In this document: in pieces, positions 23,301-35,557 of the stretch
Layout of the letters: the number at the start of each line of letters is the position of its first letter
Numbering within the stretch: the first letter of the stretch is position 1
From: Bilabrum cf. latius
Taxonomy: Eukaryota
Direction: 5' to 3'
Assembly (NCBI GenBank): GCA_965178125.1
Contig: OZ237736.1
Coordinates: 372,001 to 436,000, forward strand
Length of the DNA stretch: 64,000 nt
Program-made: the position numbers and the translations under genes
Notes under the pieces: model-generated
Databases searched by the model: none
Told to the model about the DNA's origin: nothing
Seen by the model: only the letters and a program-made list of their open reading frames with translations

Positions 23301-24741
23301 GACGGCCGAGCACGCGGAACACGAGCATCGAGCAGGTGCCCAAGCAGCGCAGCGTCTCCTGCAACGAAACCGATCCCTTCTAGCCTGGAGCTAGAACCAC
23401 ATCAAGCGGGTTAACACCATCGGCACTAGTGCCGCTGCCCTCGTCTGCATCGTTGGCACATGCCCGGCTCCAAGAAGACAGGTCAATTAGTTCGAAGCGA
23501 TCGTGGACAGCTGTGCTCGCCCTCGTCTGCTTCACTGCCTGTGCCCATCCGCTCGCTGCAAATCCGGCAGTTGGAGGCGTGTGAATGCGTCTCTAAAGCT
23601 GCTATAGTTCCTTTGGCGGCGGTGCAGACGCGCTGGGGGATGTCCCGCCGAGTCGCCTAGCGCCTGCTCGCCCAAGCGAAGAGGCTCTTGCTCGCTTTTT
23701 CGGCCTGGTGACCTCACCCGGCGCGCTCGTTGCCTGCGTAGTCGAAGCGCCAGCTATTTCCTATTCAATGAAGGAAGCGTAACTCGAATTTCTCCGAGAG
23801 CGAGAACTCTCCTCGTGGGCTCCTTGCGCTTGGCTGCTGCTAGTAGTATTCGACTGGTGCACCGCCGATCGCTGGACTCGCTTGCGACCAGCCAGGCGCC
23901 GGTCGCTGTTGGTGATTTTAACAACCTCGGACGGAACCAGCTATCCGTTAGCTTGCTCTTCCATTGGGTGACTGGCGTTCAGACCTCTTTGATTGGAAGG
24001 CTGTGGCAGCAGCTTCAGCCTTGACTGCTTTGCACTCGCTGCGGCTCTCCTCCCAGCCGACCCTGCATCTCCGTGTACATCGCCAGATTCCATCGCTTGT
24101 GCGGCTAGCGCGTGTTCTCTTCGAAATCTAGAGGCAAGGTCTGCCCCGCCTGGTGCAGAGCTGGTCACCAGCTCAGCTTGAGCAAGTGCTCGACTGCTCC
24201 TTCCGCCATCCTGCTTTGAGCTCAACAATTTCCGCATCGCGTCTGACGATGAGTCGTTAACTGTACTTGGATTGCCGGGGTGTACATTCGAGCCTGCACC
24301 TGTCGCATCACCGATCTTTCGCAGCTGCCATATTGCTCCGACGTTGCTCAGTCTACTTTCTGCGGACGGCAAGCCTTCTTGGCGACCATCCCGCTAATTA
24401 CTTGACTCAATTCGTCCTCTTGAATTCATTGCAGATTCAATATTCGCCGCAACTGGCGCCTTGGCCTCTAGTCTTTGCGAGCTTGGATAGGCACTGAGCC
24501 TTGGACCTGCAACTTGCTCCATGGTAGCCGCCATCGCATTAGGCTACGAAAACCAGTGTTCACGAGGAACTTTAGACCTGTCCTCTGGCTCCGTTTCGTA
24601 GGGAATTGGCGGCTCAACAGGTCTGAATTGGTCTTGCGAAAGGATTACTTCAAGGGCGAACGGGTCAGACTGCTGCACTCGCTCGTACTCGTGCCGAGCA
24701 AGCGGGCGAAGCTGTGGGTCTCTCAACAATACGTACTCCAT
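20329..24741 (-). CDS. A-family DNA polymerase (Pol nu/theta-like polymerase domain, no helicase), ~1,470 aa
   Basis: Motifs TGRLSSRNPNLQNLPK, ADYGQIEMRILAH (A), RGMAKTVTLGMIYG (B), AERRAVNTVIQGSAADL and QVHDELV (C). ORFs 24544, 23941, 22378 and 20335 share a frame joined by TAG. Ends GAA TAG GCC TGA. Confidence 0.88.
21977..22056. repeat. (CTGCTA)n/(CTG)n microsatellite encoding poly-Ser in the polymerase
   Basis: Seen directly in the sequence. Confidence 0.95.
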
Positions 24742-25049
24742 GCCTCACAAGCCCTACTATTCTGGCTTGCTTTGATGCTTGTTTGCAGTTTTCATATTTT
24801 TCAAATTCGAACCATGCCGAAGGTTCGCTGATCGCAGCGAGCGTCGCAAATCACTATTTTTGCAACCAACGCCCTCATGCGCAGCTGCAAGTCTTCTATG
24901 TAGGCGCTCAGGCGGTTTCAAGCCGCTTCTTTGTTCCCGTGAGCTGAGTGTGTGCTTGTTCTAGCCAGTACGACGATTTTGCTCAAAGTCGAATCTTCTT
25001 CATTTCGTGATAATCTCTTTGTTGCAGCGTTGGAAGAGCGCTCTCCGCC

Positions 25050-26607
25050 ATGCCTGCTTTTTCAAGAAACTTTGGATCCTCCATGGCTGGCTCAGCGGGC
25101 GATGCTGGCCGTGGTAGCGATTCCACGGGCGTATTGGGAGGCATGGCTGCGGGCATCGTGGCGGGGACAGCCGCTGTTTCTCTGTCTCTCTGTGAAGACG
25201 CTGATTCAGCTGAAAAAGCCGTGACTGGGGACCCTGAGGTTGATTGGGCCAACTCCAGAAAACCTTGGAGGGTTGTGTTCGTGCTCGGGGGCCCGGGAGC
25301 AGGCAAGGGCACGCAGTGCGCTAGGATCCGAGACGAGTACGGCTTCGTGCACCTGAGCGCGGGCGACCTGCTGCGGGCCGAGCGCGACTCTGGCAGCAAG
25401 ACGGGCGAGATGATCCAGCGCTACATCTCAGAGGGCAACATCGTGCCGGTGGAGGTCACCGTCGGCCTGCTCAAGGCAGCGATGGAGAAATCGGGGGCCA
25501 CTCGTTTCCTCGTGGACGGCTTTCCTCGCAATGAGGACAACCTCATGGGCTGGCAGAAGATCATGGATCCCCTCGCTGACGTGGAGTTCGTGCTCTTCTA
25601 CGATACCGACGATGAGACTCGCTTGGGCCGGCTGCTCAAGCGGGCGGAGACGAGCGGCCGCACGGACGACAAGAAGGACGTCATCATGAAGAGATTCAAG
25701 TGAGGGAGAGTTTTCCTGCTTGGTAGTGCAAGCGTGTGTATAGCGTGTGGTCTGGAAGGTACTGGCAATGGACAGACGCTGTCGCCTTAGCTTCTTGGCT
25801 TGGCAGCACAGTGCGATGCAGTTGCAAGCTCGCCATACCCCCCCCGTCTCTACCATTCCCCGCCTCTAATACAATTATTGCAGGGTATTCCGCGAGCAGA
25901 CGATGCCCATCGTGCAGTACTACGAGAAGCAGGACAAGGTGCGCATGGTGGACGGTCAGCCAGCCCCAGAGGTGGTCTTCTCCTCCACGCAAGAGGCCAT
26001 CGAGCCCGTCATATCGGGGCAGGTGCTAGAGGCCAACATCCGGCTGCTGCAGGCCGCTCATGGGGGCGACTGGGACTCGTACAGCCAGCTGGTGGACGGC
26101 AGCCTCATCACCCTCGACCAGGAGGAGACGTTTGGCCTGCCTGTCAGGGGTGCGCAGTTCCACAAGAAGTATTTCGATGCCATGGAAGCGGCTGGGGAAC
26201 AAGGAGCGGCCCAGGACGAGGAGATCGCGCCGCTGAGCAGCCCCGGGAGCACCAGCTTCAGGCTCCTGGACCCCTCGGTTCGGATCCTGGGGAAGGGCTC
26301 CGCGGCGGTGTCCTACGTCAGGCTGGTGACACCCAGGGAACAAGGGGATGGCGAGGCATCTGCTGCTCCGATCAAGCCCAAGGCCTTCTCTGAGACTCGC
26401 ATTTGGCAAGAGATCGACGGCGCGTGGCGGTGCGTGCACCTGCACAAGAGCCCGCTCAGGAGCCTAGCTGTAACCGAGGAGGAGGCAGAGCTGGCCTCGC
26501 TACAGGCGGCCGTGAGGAGTGCGAGATGGGCGGCGGAGTCGGCGCTGGAGCAGCTTAAGGCGGAGGATGAGCGCGTGGAGGCAGATGACGCCAAGGGGCG
26601 CCAGTGA
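25050..26607 (+). CDS. UMP-CMP kinase fused to a C-terminal CaMKII association (hub, NTF2-like) domain; intron 25700-25883
   Basis: Motifs GGPGAGKGTQC, HLSAGDLLR and LVDGFPRN. Splicing restores KRFKVFREQTMPIVQYY. C-terminal GDWDSY..FHKKYF..ETRIWQEIDGAWRCVHLHKS. TGA stop. Confidence 0.88.
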
Positions 26608-26731
26608 TCGCAGATTGATCAGCATTTGAGTATCGCCGCAGCCGGGGATTCGGAGCGTGCCAGCGGGGACCGCAGGCGACAAGGCAACTAGACTCGGGCA
26701 CCTAGGTCAACTTATTTCAACGCGAGAGGTC

Positions 26732-28335
26732 ATGCTACGTAGGATTCTATTATTTTGTACCGTATTGCTCTGCCTAATAGGCTGCAGTGACTCAACGCGG
26801 AGCTCTAGTCCGTCACGGAGCGTATCGACAAGGTTGCTTGGGCCTGTTGGACTGGGAGCCGTCTCTCGTCCCGGTCTGCGCGGTTCCGATATTAATTCTA
26901 TTGTGGAAGATGCGGATGGATTTGCAAGCAGTGCAATTGATTTCAGAGGCCGTCGCTTACAGATCGTTGAAGAATTGGACACGTTTACAATTGTGTTGGT
27001 AGTGCTCATCCCGTTTCTGGCAGGGATTGTCGGGTATGGCACTAATGTACTTGCTCTTCATATGACTTTCTACCCCTTGGAACCGCTTGGGTTTTTCATC
27101 CCATGCGGCTGCGGTCGAGTCTTGGTGGGCTGGCAGGGGATTGTGCCTTCAAAAGCCGAGAAAATGATCTCAAAGCAAGTTGATCTTATCACAGAAGAGC
27201 TTCTCACCCCGAGACAAATTTTTGAAAGGCTAGATTCGCGGCAGTTTGCCGCCCACGCCCGATCACAGATCGAGCTAACGGTACGGGAAACGATCGAGGA
27301 GTGAGGCACCCAGAGCGTCGCCGCCATGTTGATTTTGCTGCTATATTGGATCCCAAAGTATTGATACCATTCCTTCCTCGATACTGGTTCCGCAGGATAG
27401 TCAAGGCAACGGTCCCTGAGAACATTCGAGCTGCTATCCCGTCCGCAGTGCTGGACGAAGTGGCCGACATGTTCATGGATCGAGCCCCCGGTGTGGTGGA
27501 GCAGATTCTTGAGGGCATGAAGGTGAAAATTGACAGCATTTTCGACGTCAAGGCCATGTCTCTGCGGGTCATCCTGAACAACAAGAAAATCCTCGTGGAC
27601 ATCTTCTAGAAGTGCGGCGCGGAGGAGCTGGACTTCATCCGAACGAGCGGATTCTACCTCGGGTTCCTCTTCGGAATCGTCCAGTCGATCGTCTACGTTT
27701 TCTACAGGGAGTGGTGGGTGCTTCCCGTGTTTGGTCTCCTGGTCGGCTGGCTCACGAACCAGGTCGCCCTCTTCGTCCTCTTCAAGCCGATCGAGCCGCA
27801 GACGTGCTGCTGGAGGGAGCAGTGCTGCGGGTACTACATCCAGGGGCTGTTCCTGCAGCCCGAGAGACGCCTTTAGGTAGCTAAGATCTACAGCGAGCTC
27901 GTGGGCGGCACGATTCTCCGCGCCAAGAACATCATCGAGGACCTTTAGCACGGTGACGGCAGCATGGTCCTGTGGGGGATCGTGCAGGGGGTCGTGTCGA
28001 AGAGCACCGACGATAACTTCAACTCCTTCAGCAGACTAGTTGCGCTGTATACCGTGGGTGACGAGAAGCTCAAGAAGATCAAGCACGTGCAGTCTGCCAT
28101 GATCATGCAGTCACTGCCCAAGATCATGCTGGAGAACGAGGACTTCATGATGGAGCAGTTCGACGTCAGCAACCAGCTGCATGCCAAGCTGAAGGAGCTT
28201 TCCCCGGCCATGTTCGAGAAGATCCTTCATTCTGTTTTCGAGGAGGACGAGATCCAGCTGATCGTGGTGGGGGCAGTGCTCGGCGGTCTGGTAGGACTTG
28301 CGCAAGCAGGGGTCAGCATACTCGCCGGGGTGTGA
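26732..28335 (+). CDS. DUF445-family membrane protein; intron 27301-27395
   Basis: Motifs VGYGTNVLALHMTFYP, WQGIVPSKA, DIF[TAG]KCGAEELDFIRTSGFYLGFLFG and FEEDEIQLIVVGAVLGGLVG. TAG at 27607, 27874 and 27946; TGA stop. Confidence 0.85.
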
Positions 28336-28765
28336 ATGAAACAGGGACAACACTTGTTGTGTAGCCGAGGGTGTGCAACTTAGATTGCAGAACAATTTCG
28401 ATGTTTGTTGCTCCGGTAGCCGGACACCCAGTCCACTGCCAGTTCAACCAGTTGGCGGACCAGTCTTGAAGTTACGTGCACTCCAGGCCGGGCTGCTTCG
28501 ATATCAAACTTGGGCCGCCCGCGCAAAACTGCTCCAGATCTACCTCGATTAGGCAGGCCTTTACCTGTAAGGTATTCCAAGTTGTAGCAGCGCCATAAAT
28601 ATTGAGTCTGTGCGTTTCAGCGGCACCGCTGTGGATGCGTGCTTCTGTGCACTTCCTGCCGTTGTACGCTGCTTGCAACAGTCCTGCAGACCAATAAGTT
28701 GAGCCCAGCGAACAAATTGCACACCAAGTTTCTCCTGGCATACATCGAACTCTCCTTGCAGAACC

Positions 28766-30193
28766 ATGCGAGCTGCTCTAGCTGCTCTAGCAGCAATGAT
28801 GGTAACGCGTGGAGCTGTCGGCGAGAAGCTCTTCACTTCCCAGCCCCCTAAATGGGAGCCGCAGTACCTCATGGAGAAGAGCACGATATTCATGCCCTGT
28901 AATGAAAGTGGCTACTTTGATCCCGAATTCGCCGCTGAATTCGGCGTTGCTGATTTCGACTGGTCTAATGCAAAACAGCTTTGGGCGAACGACAGGCCGA
29001 TGCGATGCGAGGAGCGCCTTGTTGAGCAGGCCAAGATGGTGAAGCAAAGGGACAACTCCACCAGAGTATTTGTGTACCGCAATTTTGTGAAGGCCCTGCC
29101 ATGGTACACAAGTGTGCGGGAGAAGATCACCGATCCTGCGTACTCCGGCTGGTTCCTGGAATTCAAAGACTACAAGGGTCCGTCGAGCAACCACTCCTAC
29201 CACGTGCCCGCGTGCACGTACGAGAAGTGCAGCGGCTTCTATCATGACCAGGTAAGTCCCGCTGCTCGCACCATTCAGTATTCGCGTATCTGCCCCAACT
29301 GCCAGCATCGCGCGCCCAGCCTTCTGCTCTTATAATGACCATGCACGCAGGACCAGACCCCTCAGTACCCGCACGGCGACGGATCATGTGATCAGGAGTG
29401 CGACTGCGGCGAGAACCTGCCCTGCGGCGAGTACCTCTGGGATCACCGGAACGACACGCTCCGCGAGTGGCTCATCAACGACTTCGCCCTGGGGGCCACG
29501 GGGCTGGGCAGCCCCTACGTCGACGGCTTCTACTTCGACGACGGCTGGACGAACAAGCCCCAGAAGAGGGCCCCGTGGTGGCCCAAGGAAGGCTTCTGCT
29601 CTGGAGACCCCTTCGGAGGACCGACCGAGGAGTACCCCAACTGCACGGCAGACATGGGACTGTCGCAGCAGGACGTCGAGGACATCTACCAGGGATGGCA
29701 GGCCACAATGACGGCTACTTTCCAGGCCGTCATCGACCACGGGGGCCTGCCCTGGCCCTACCTGGCCGAGAACACGGTAGCGTCACCAAGCCAGGCTGGC
29801 GACAGCTGCAACGCAGCGATGAAGAAGTACTGCGAGCCCACCGGTTCGCCCCCGGCCGTGCCTGCCCTGTTCGAGTACACCAAGTCTAGTAGCGGTCACG
29901 TGTCCCCGCTGCCGCAAGCAGACGTGGACATCGCCTACTTTTTGCTCTCCAGGGGTCCCTACAGCTGGCTGGGTTACGCGTGGGAGGGATGCACCAACAA
30001 CGAGCAGCCCGGCGCGAGCGGGTACGAGTACGCGATCCCAGCCGGCGTCAAGCGCGATTACGGCACGCCCAACGGCCCGTGCGTGGAGCAATCACCAAAC
30101 TCTGGGGTGTGGGTCCGCGACTGGAGCAAGGCCACGGTGCAGCTTGACTGCAACACGCTCACGCCCACCATTACCATGAAGGACACAGCTTGA
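28766..30193 (+). CDS. Secreted protein, putative glycoside hydrolase (GHL15-like); intron 29252-29350
   Basis: Signal peptide; motifs RVFVYRN, YLWDHRN, VDGFYFDD and GVWVRDWSKATVQLDCN. GTAAGT...CGCAG intron keeps the frame. The family call is from recall only. Confidence 0.65.
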
Positions 30194-30336
30194 ATTGTGT
30201 GGCGCAACGCGGTTTAGAAATGGACACTCTGGACAAGCGCACTAGTAACTTTCTTCGTGTCTGATCAGCACAAGCAAGTGAGCACCGAATGCACAAATAC
30301 ATCCGGATCCGGATCCGGGTCGGACAGCCAGCAGCC

Positions 30337-33300
30337 TCAGCTGCCTCCTCCGTGCGACTCTTGAGCTGCTGCAGCTGCACCCCCACCGGCAGCACCGCCT
30401 GAAGCATCCCCGTCTTGCTTGTCCAAATACTCTCCTGCCTCAATAGCCCGTAGAATGTCTTCCACGCTCGGGGGCTCGCTGTACTCGTCGTCGGCCTGCT
30501 CAGCCTCGCTGTCCACTTCCCATTTCACGCCGCCGTCGATGCTGCTGTGCTCGCGCAGCTCATCTCTCCAGTTGGACGTATCTTCCTGCGCCCCCATGGC
30601 GAGGTTGAGCACGTCTCCGAGATTTTCGCGCGCATGTGGTGCCGTCTCTTGTTCTCTGGCGTAGTCGATCCAGAAGCGCCGCTGCACGTCCAGCAGCATT
30701 CTGACCAGATCAAAGCTCGGCGGCCTGCTCTCTGGCTCGCGCTGGAGGCACTGGATCACAACTTCACGGAGATAGGAAGGCATCTCTGGGGATGCAACAC
30801 GGTTCATAACTTCCATGTGCTGGTTCAGTGCGTCCAGAATGCTCGCTGAGCCCAGCACCTCCTTCCGAACGTACGCCATCGGGTGCCTGTGAGAGTTGTG
30901 CTGCCACGGCCGCATCCCAGTCCAAATTTCCCAGAGAACAAGCCCCAGAGAGTAGACATCCGAGGCCTCGCTGTACTAGTCACTGTGGTCGAAAGTCTCC
31001 GGGGCCGCGTACTCGAAGGTGCCTCCGTTGCGCAGCCTAACCGTGGTGAGGCTCCCAGAAACCGACCGCTGCACATCGCTTCGTTTCCGCCGAAGCGCGC
31101 TCCCAAAATCGGACAGCTTGACGCGGAATGAGCCAGTGACAAGAAAATTGTCGCCTTTGATGTCACCGTGCACGCATGAATCGTCACGAATCATCGTGGC
31201 CCCCGAGTTGGACCCGTCCAGCTGAGGGAAGCCATAGTGTAGCAGGCGCACGGCTTTGGCAGCCTGGATCATCATGGCTATCCTGCGGGCCTTGCCTATT
31301 CCGCTAAAATCCGAGTCTTGCTAGACCACGCTGTGCAGAGATCCGTTCTCGCACAGCTCTAGAACGAACCAGATTTGGCTGACGGATTCCTTGTAGCTCC
31401 ATCCGCGCAGCTTGCAGAAATACTTCTTGCGAAAGGCGCTGTAGGCGGCCTGCAGCTGCGCTTCGTTGTTAATATCGGTGAATATGCGGCCAGCGTTCTG
31501 CTGCAGACCGGTAGCAGCCGGATGCGCGAGCTACTGGCCGATGAAAGCGGGCTCGTCGTCGTCCCGCAGACCAACCTCCGCGCCATCGTCGGCCTCATCG
31601 TTCACGCCTCCACTGAAGATATTCTCGTCCTCCTCGTCGCTCTCAGTGTCATATTCAGCGCCACTTCCGTACGGATACTCTTCATCTGTGGTATCACCAT
31701 TGCCGCTATAGGACGTTGTAGCGCTGTAACCGCCCTACATCCGATCCCGTAAGCCAGTACTGCCGTCATCATCCGCAATGTCATCCAGCCCTGGCTTATC
31801 TCCCCCCCTCGTCACGTGATCTGCCTTCCGCTGGTAGTATTCGACTTGATAGGGCTACAAGGTGATCTGCTTGATTGCGACAGGAAGCAACCCAGCGGAC
31901 GTGGACCAGGTCCCCCTGAATACAACCCCGTTCGCCCCTTTGCCAAGCTGCTCGCTGGAGCAAGCGATCTGGTCGATGGGGATGTTGACTGCACTGCCCC
32001 GCATCCCATCTGCTTCCTCCAAGTCCGCAGAGGGGTCCAGGAAGGATCGGCCAGGGATGCCACCGCGCCGGCCCCAGCCCAGGTCCAGGCAGCATGCAAG
32101 AGAGGCGGTGCACATCGGCTGGAGTGCTTCGGACCCTTCTTCGGGGGCTGCAGCACTTGCAACCCCTCCGGTTCCTCCATGGGTCGTACCAGCCTTCGAC
32201 GAGCCCGTGCCGCTCTCCTCCTATGATTGAGTGCGTGCTTGCAGACCCATCTCAAGGTCCGGCTATCCGCCCGATGGGGATTGCCGAGGAGGAGCATGGC
32301 TGTCTGGTAGGTCAACCCTCTCGTCGAGTGCCTGGACCAGCCCCCCTCCGTCGCTGTCGGAGCTGCTCCCAGCGGCGTCTTTCGGTGCTTTCGAGTGCAA
32401 GCCTTCGGCGGGTTCGGTAGTAGATACTTGCGCATTCGCGTGAGCCTCGTCGGACGGTCCGATGTCTGGCATGGCCATGTAGTGATCAGCGCTAGAGCGG
32501 CTTCCCTGCCTGCCTCTCGCTGCCTGCCGCCGTTTCTCAGCGGCTGCTCTCTTTTTCTCCGCTCGAATGAAATCCCTCGCGTTGGCGAGATCAAGGATCT
32601 GCTTGGTGGTGAGCAGCTCCATGCCAGTGGAGCCCTGCACAGACGACTGGCTGCGTTCCCTCCTGACCCCTCGCTGTTTGGGAGCAAGAGAGCGCGTTCT
32701 CGGCAATCGGGGGGATCCTGAACCGCCCTGGCCATTCGCACTAGAAGCCTGCCGCAGCTGACTCAGGCGGCCGCCCACGGCGTACATTCCCGCCGTAGAG
32801 TCTTCGTCGTGCTCGACATCGACGGCGGCTAGAGATGCACCGGCGGCTGTTGCAGTCGCGTCGCTGGCGTCAACACCAGCCTGCATATCACCGTTCTGAG
32901 GGAAGGCATGCTGCGTGCCGTCCAACACAATGGAGTGAGCGCGACCACCACCGGCACGATTGCCCCTTGCGAGGTGGGACAGGGTCTGCCTTCGGCCGTG
33001 GGAAGGCTGCTGGCCTGTCTCACCAGGAGTGCCCTCGCGTGAATGCTGGGCAGCTTCTGCCGCCCCTTCTCCCGCGCCGCCGACGATTTGAATGGAACTG
33101 CCGTGGCCGTGGCTTCGACTGCCTGCCCTGCTTCTCTTGCCCGGAGGCCTCTGTTCCCGCATCTTTTCGAGCACATCATCAGTCAGCTGCACGATCCTTT
33201 TCCCGTTCGACTTGGTCACCTTGCCAAGCAGTCGGGTATTGCCCCTAAAGCCAACCCCAGCGCCGCTGGCTGCAGGCTGGTAGGCGATCAGCTGCTGCTT

Positions 33301-35409
33301 GTCGCTATCGTACACCGCCGGGAGAAATTGGCGCGACGAGTGAAGCAGCATCGTGGATCGCCTGCGAGAGTGCAGCTCTCTGCGGGCCCCGAGTCGCTAG
33401 GAGGGGCGCGCGCCGACCGCGGCTGGCAGTGCCGTGAGACCACCCCGAGCCGAGGCGGCCTCGGTTGTCGAGCGGGTGCGGCGCAAGATGGGCGGCCGAC
33501 CCACAGTAGCGTTCGCGCCGGAGGCATCGATCGGGTCGTGGACCGCGCCGTCTTGCTCTGCTCTGCCGCGGAGGTCGGCTTCGGAGCCCATCGAGACCAA
33601 TCCCCTGTTCCCTAGGTCACCGTCACTGTCCTGCACTGACACTCCGCTCGCGAGCCACACGGAGTCAGGGGCGCGAGGCAGGTCGATCGTGCCGGTGGTG
33701 ACGGCTGCCGGTGTGCCAGTGGCCCGCTGCGATGGCGTGCCGCTACCAACATCGCCGCTACTGGACGTGGATGCGGCTCGCAGCCGTGGGCCGGAGCCCT
33801 CGCTGTCTCCCCGAGCACGGGGATGGTCAACATGCATTTCGACCGCCGCAGCACCCGCGCCAATCCGCGCCTGGCCGGGGCTTGCGTCATCGTGCTGGCT
33901 GGCTCGGCCCCTGTGCGATCTCGGCGTGGCTCCAGGAGGGGCCTCCTGGCCGGTGTCTGCACCGGCCTGAGGTACGAGACCACCCGTCGTGTGAACGAGT
34001 TTACTAGATAATTCATGCTGGTCAGTAATGGGTAGACGGGGCACTGCTGCTCCTGTCTGCTCGCCATCCGGTAGATCCTCACCTTCGGCAGTGTATTCGT
34101 CGCGATCATCTTCGTAATCATCTTCTTCTTCCTCGCCATAGTAATCGCCGCCCTCCTCGGGTCCCTCGAGGGACGGCTGCTGCTGCTGCTGGTGGCCCAC
34201 AGGCACCATGGTGAACTGCTTGTTCGCTCGTCTCCTGCCCTCATGCATCATCTGGGCCGTTGGAAAATCGTTCCATAATTTGCTGTCTGATGACAGCGCG
34301 ACGATGATCATGATTGGCGTTGAAAAGGAGCGCATTGCCAGCACAATCACGCCGATGAGGCTGTGGAAGAGCCCGCTCGCCAGGACGAGCAGAAAGGCGC
34401 ATCGCCACACTGCCGTGAAGAAAGCGTAGCTATACAGGGAAATCCGGGCTGCGAGAATCAAAATCAAAGGCACTAATCGTCGTGATCATGCTGAATTTTG
34501 GAGGATGTGGGCTACCAGCTCAGGTGCGGCCTGTTTGGCCTGTCCAAGTCAAATCTGCCTTCAAGCGCTGCCAATGCAGAGCTCAAATACATCGCACCGT
34601 AGCATTCATATCCAAACAATAGTAAGCGCGGAATAGCCACCCCTGGACTCACTTTGGACCCCAAACAGGAAATTAGCCGTGAACAGAGCAGCGTACTGAA
34701 CGGCTGGAAGGATTGCGATGACCAAGTCAGTTCGATACTCCTTCGCTTGATTCTCGGCTGGACTCGGCGCCCAATCCTGATCCTATTTCGTGGGAGATGC
34801 ACTAAAGAATCCGATAGTTGTGATCGTAGACGCGACAAGCCCGTAGCCGAAAGCAAGCCACGCGGTGGTTTGGATGGCAATGGGAGTGGGCAAAGCGAAG
34901 AAGTAGAGCCACCCAATTGTCGAAGCTGCAGTCTCAAAGCATAGCCAGTACCCAAAGTAAGCGAAGGTCCCTTGCGGCTCCTGAGAGCCACCTAGCCTCG
35001 AGTAGGTGGCTCCAATGTACCAGTCGGGATAGCTTTCGTCAAGCTCCAGAAGCAGGGGAACCATTCGGCCCGCCAGCGCAGCGAATGCGAACCATCCTAG
35101 CGGCAAGTACTCCGACTTCATGGATATTTGACCGCTAGAGTTGCGTTCCGGCTGGCGCCCCACTGTCCAACCGCATTGCGCAGCCAGCAGCAGGGCAAGC
35201 ATACATAGCAGCCCAGCACCCGAGGCTGCAACCTCCGTGTAAAACAGATCTGTCTCTGTTACGGTTAGCATCTTAAGTTGCGAGACGGTCCATTTCTGAA
35301 GCAGAGAGTGCGAGTTTCGCAGCATTTTCCGTGAGCTGCTCGCCACGGTGCGGCGCAGTGTGATGAGTGCAGTCAACCCACAGGTCCGTTCATCTTTATC
35401 TCGCGACAT
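30337..35409 (-). CDS. Multi-pass membrane protein with C-terminal TKL-type protein kinase, ~1,620 aa; intron 34449-34652
   Basis: Six track ORFs in one frame joined by TAG. Motifs LGKGANGVV, VAIK, HGDIKGDN, DFG, YAAPE and SDVYSLGLVLWE. TGA at 30337. Confidence 0.8.
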
Positions 35410-35557
35410 AGGGTCTAAGCTAACGGTATCGTTGCCCCGACTGAGTCAATTGTGATAGAATTTCACAAGTCTCTGGTCTAGGTGCTCTCTGTAGGCTCAC
35501 ATCTTGATACCATCTCGTATCCAGCACCAAACGAGATCAGCACCTTACGGTACGATC

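Noticed and set aside
25701-25703. TGA readthrough at 25701 (also 27302 and ~34610)
   Set aside because: Each TGA lies inside a phase-compatible GT-AG intron.
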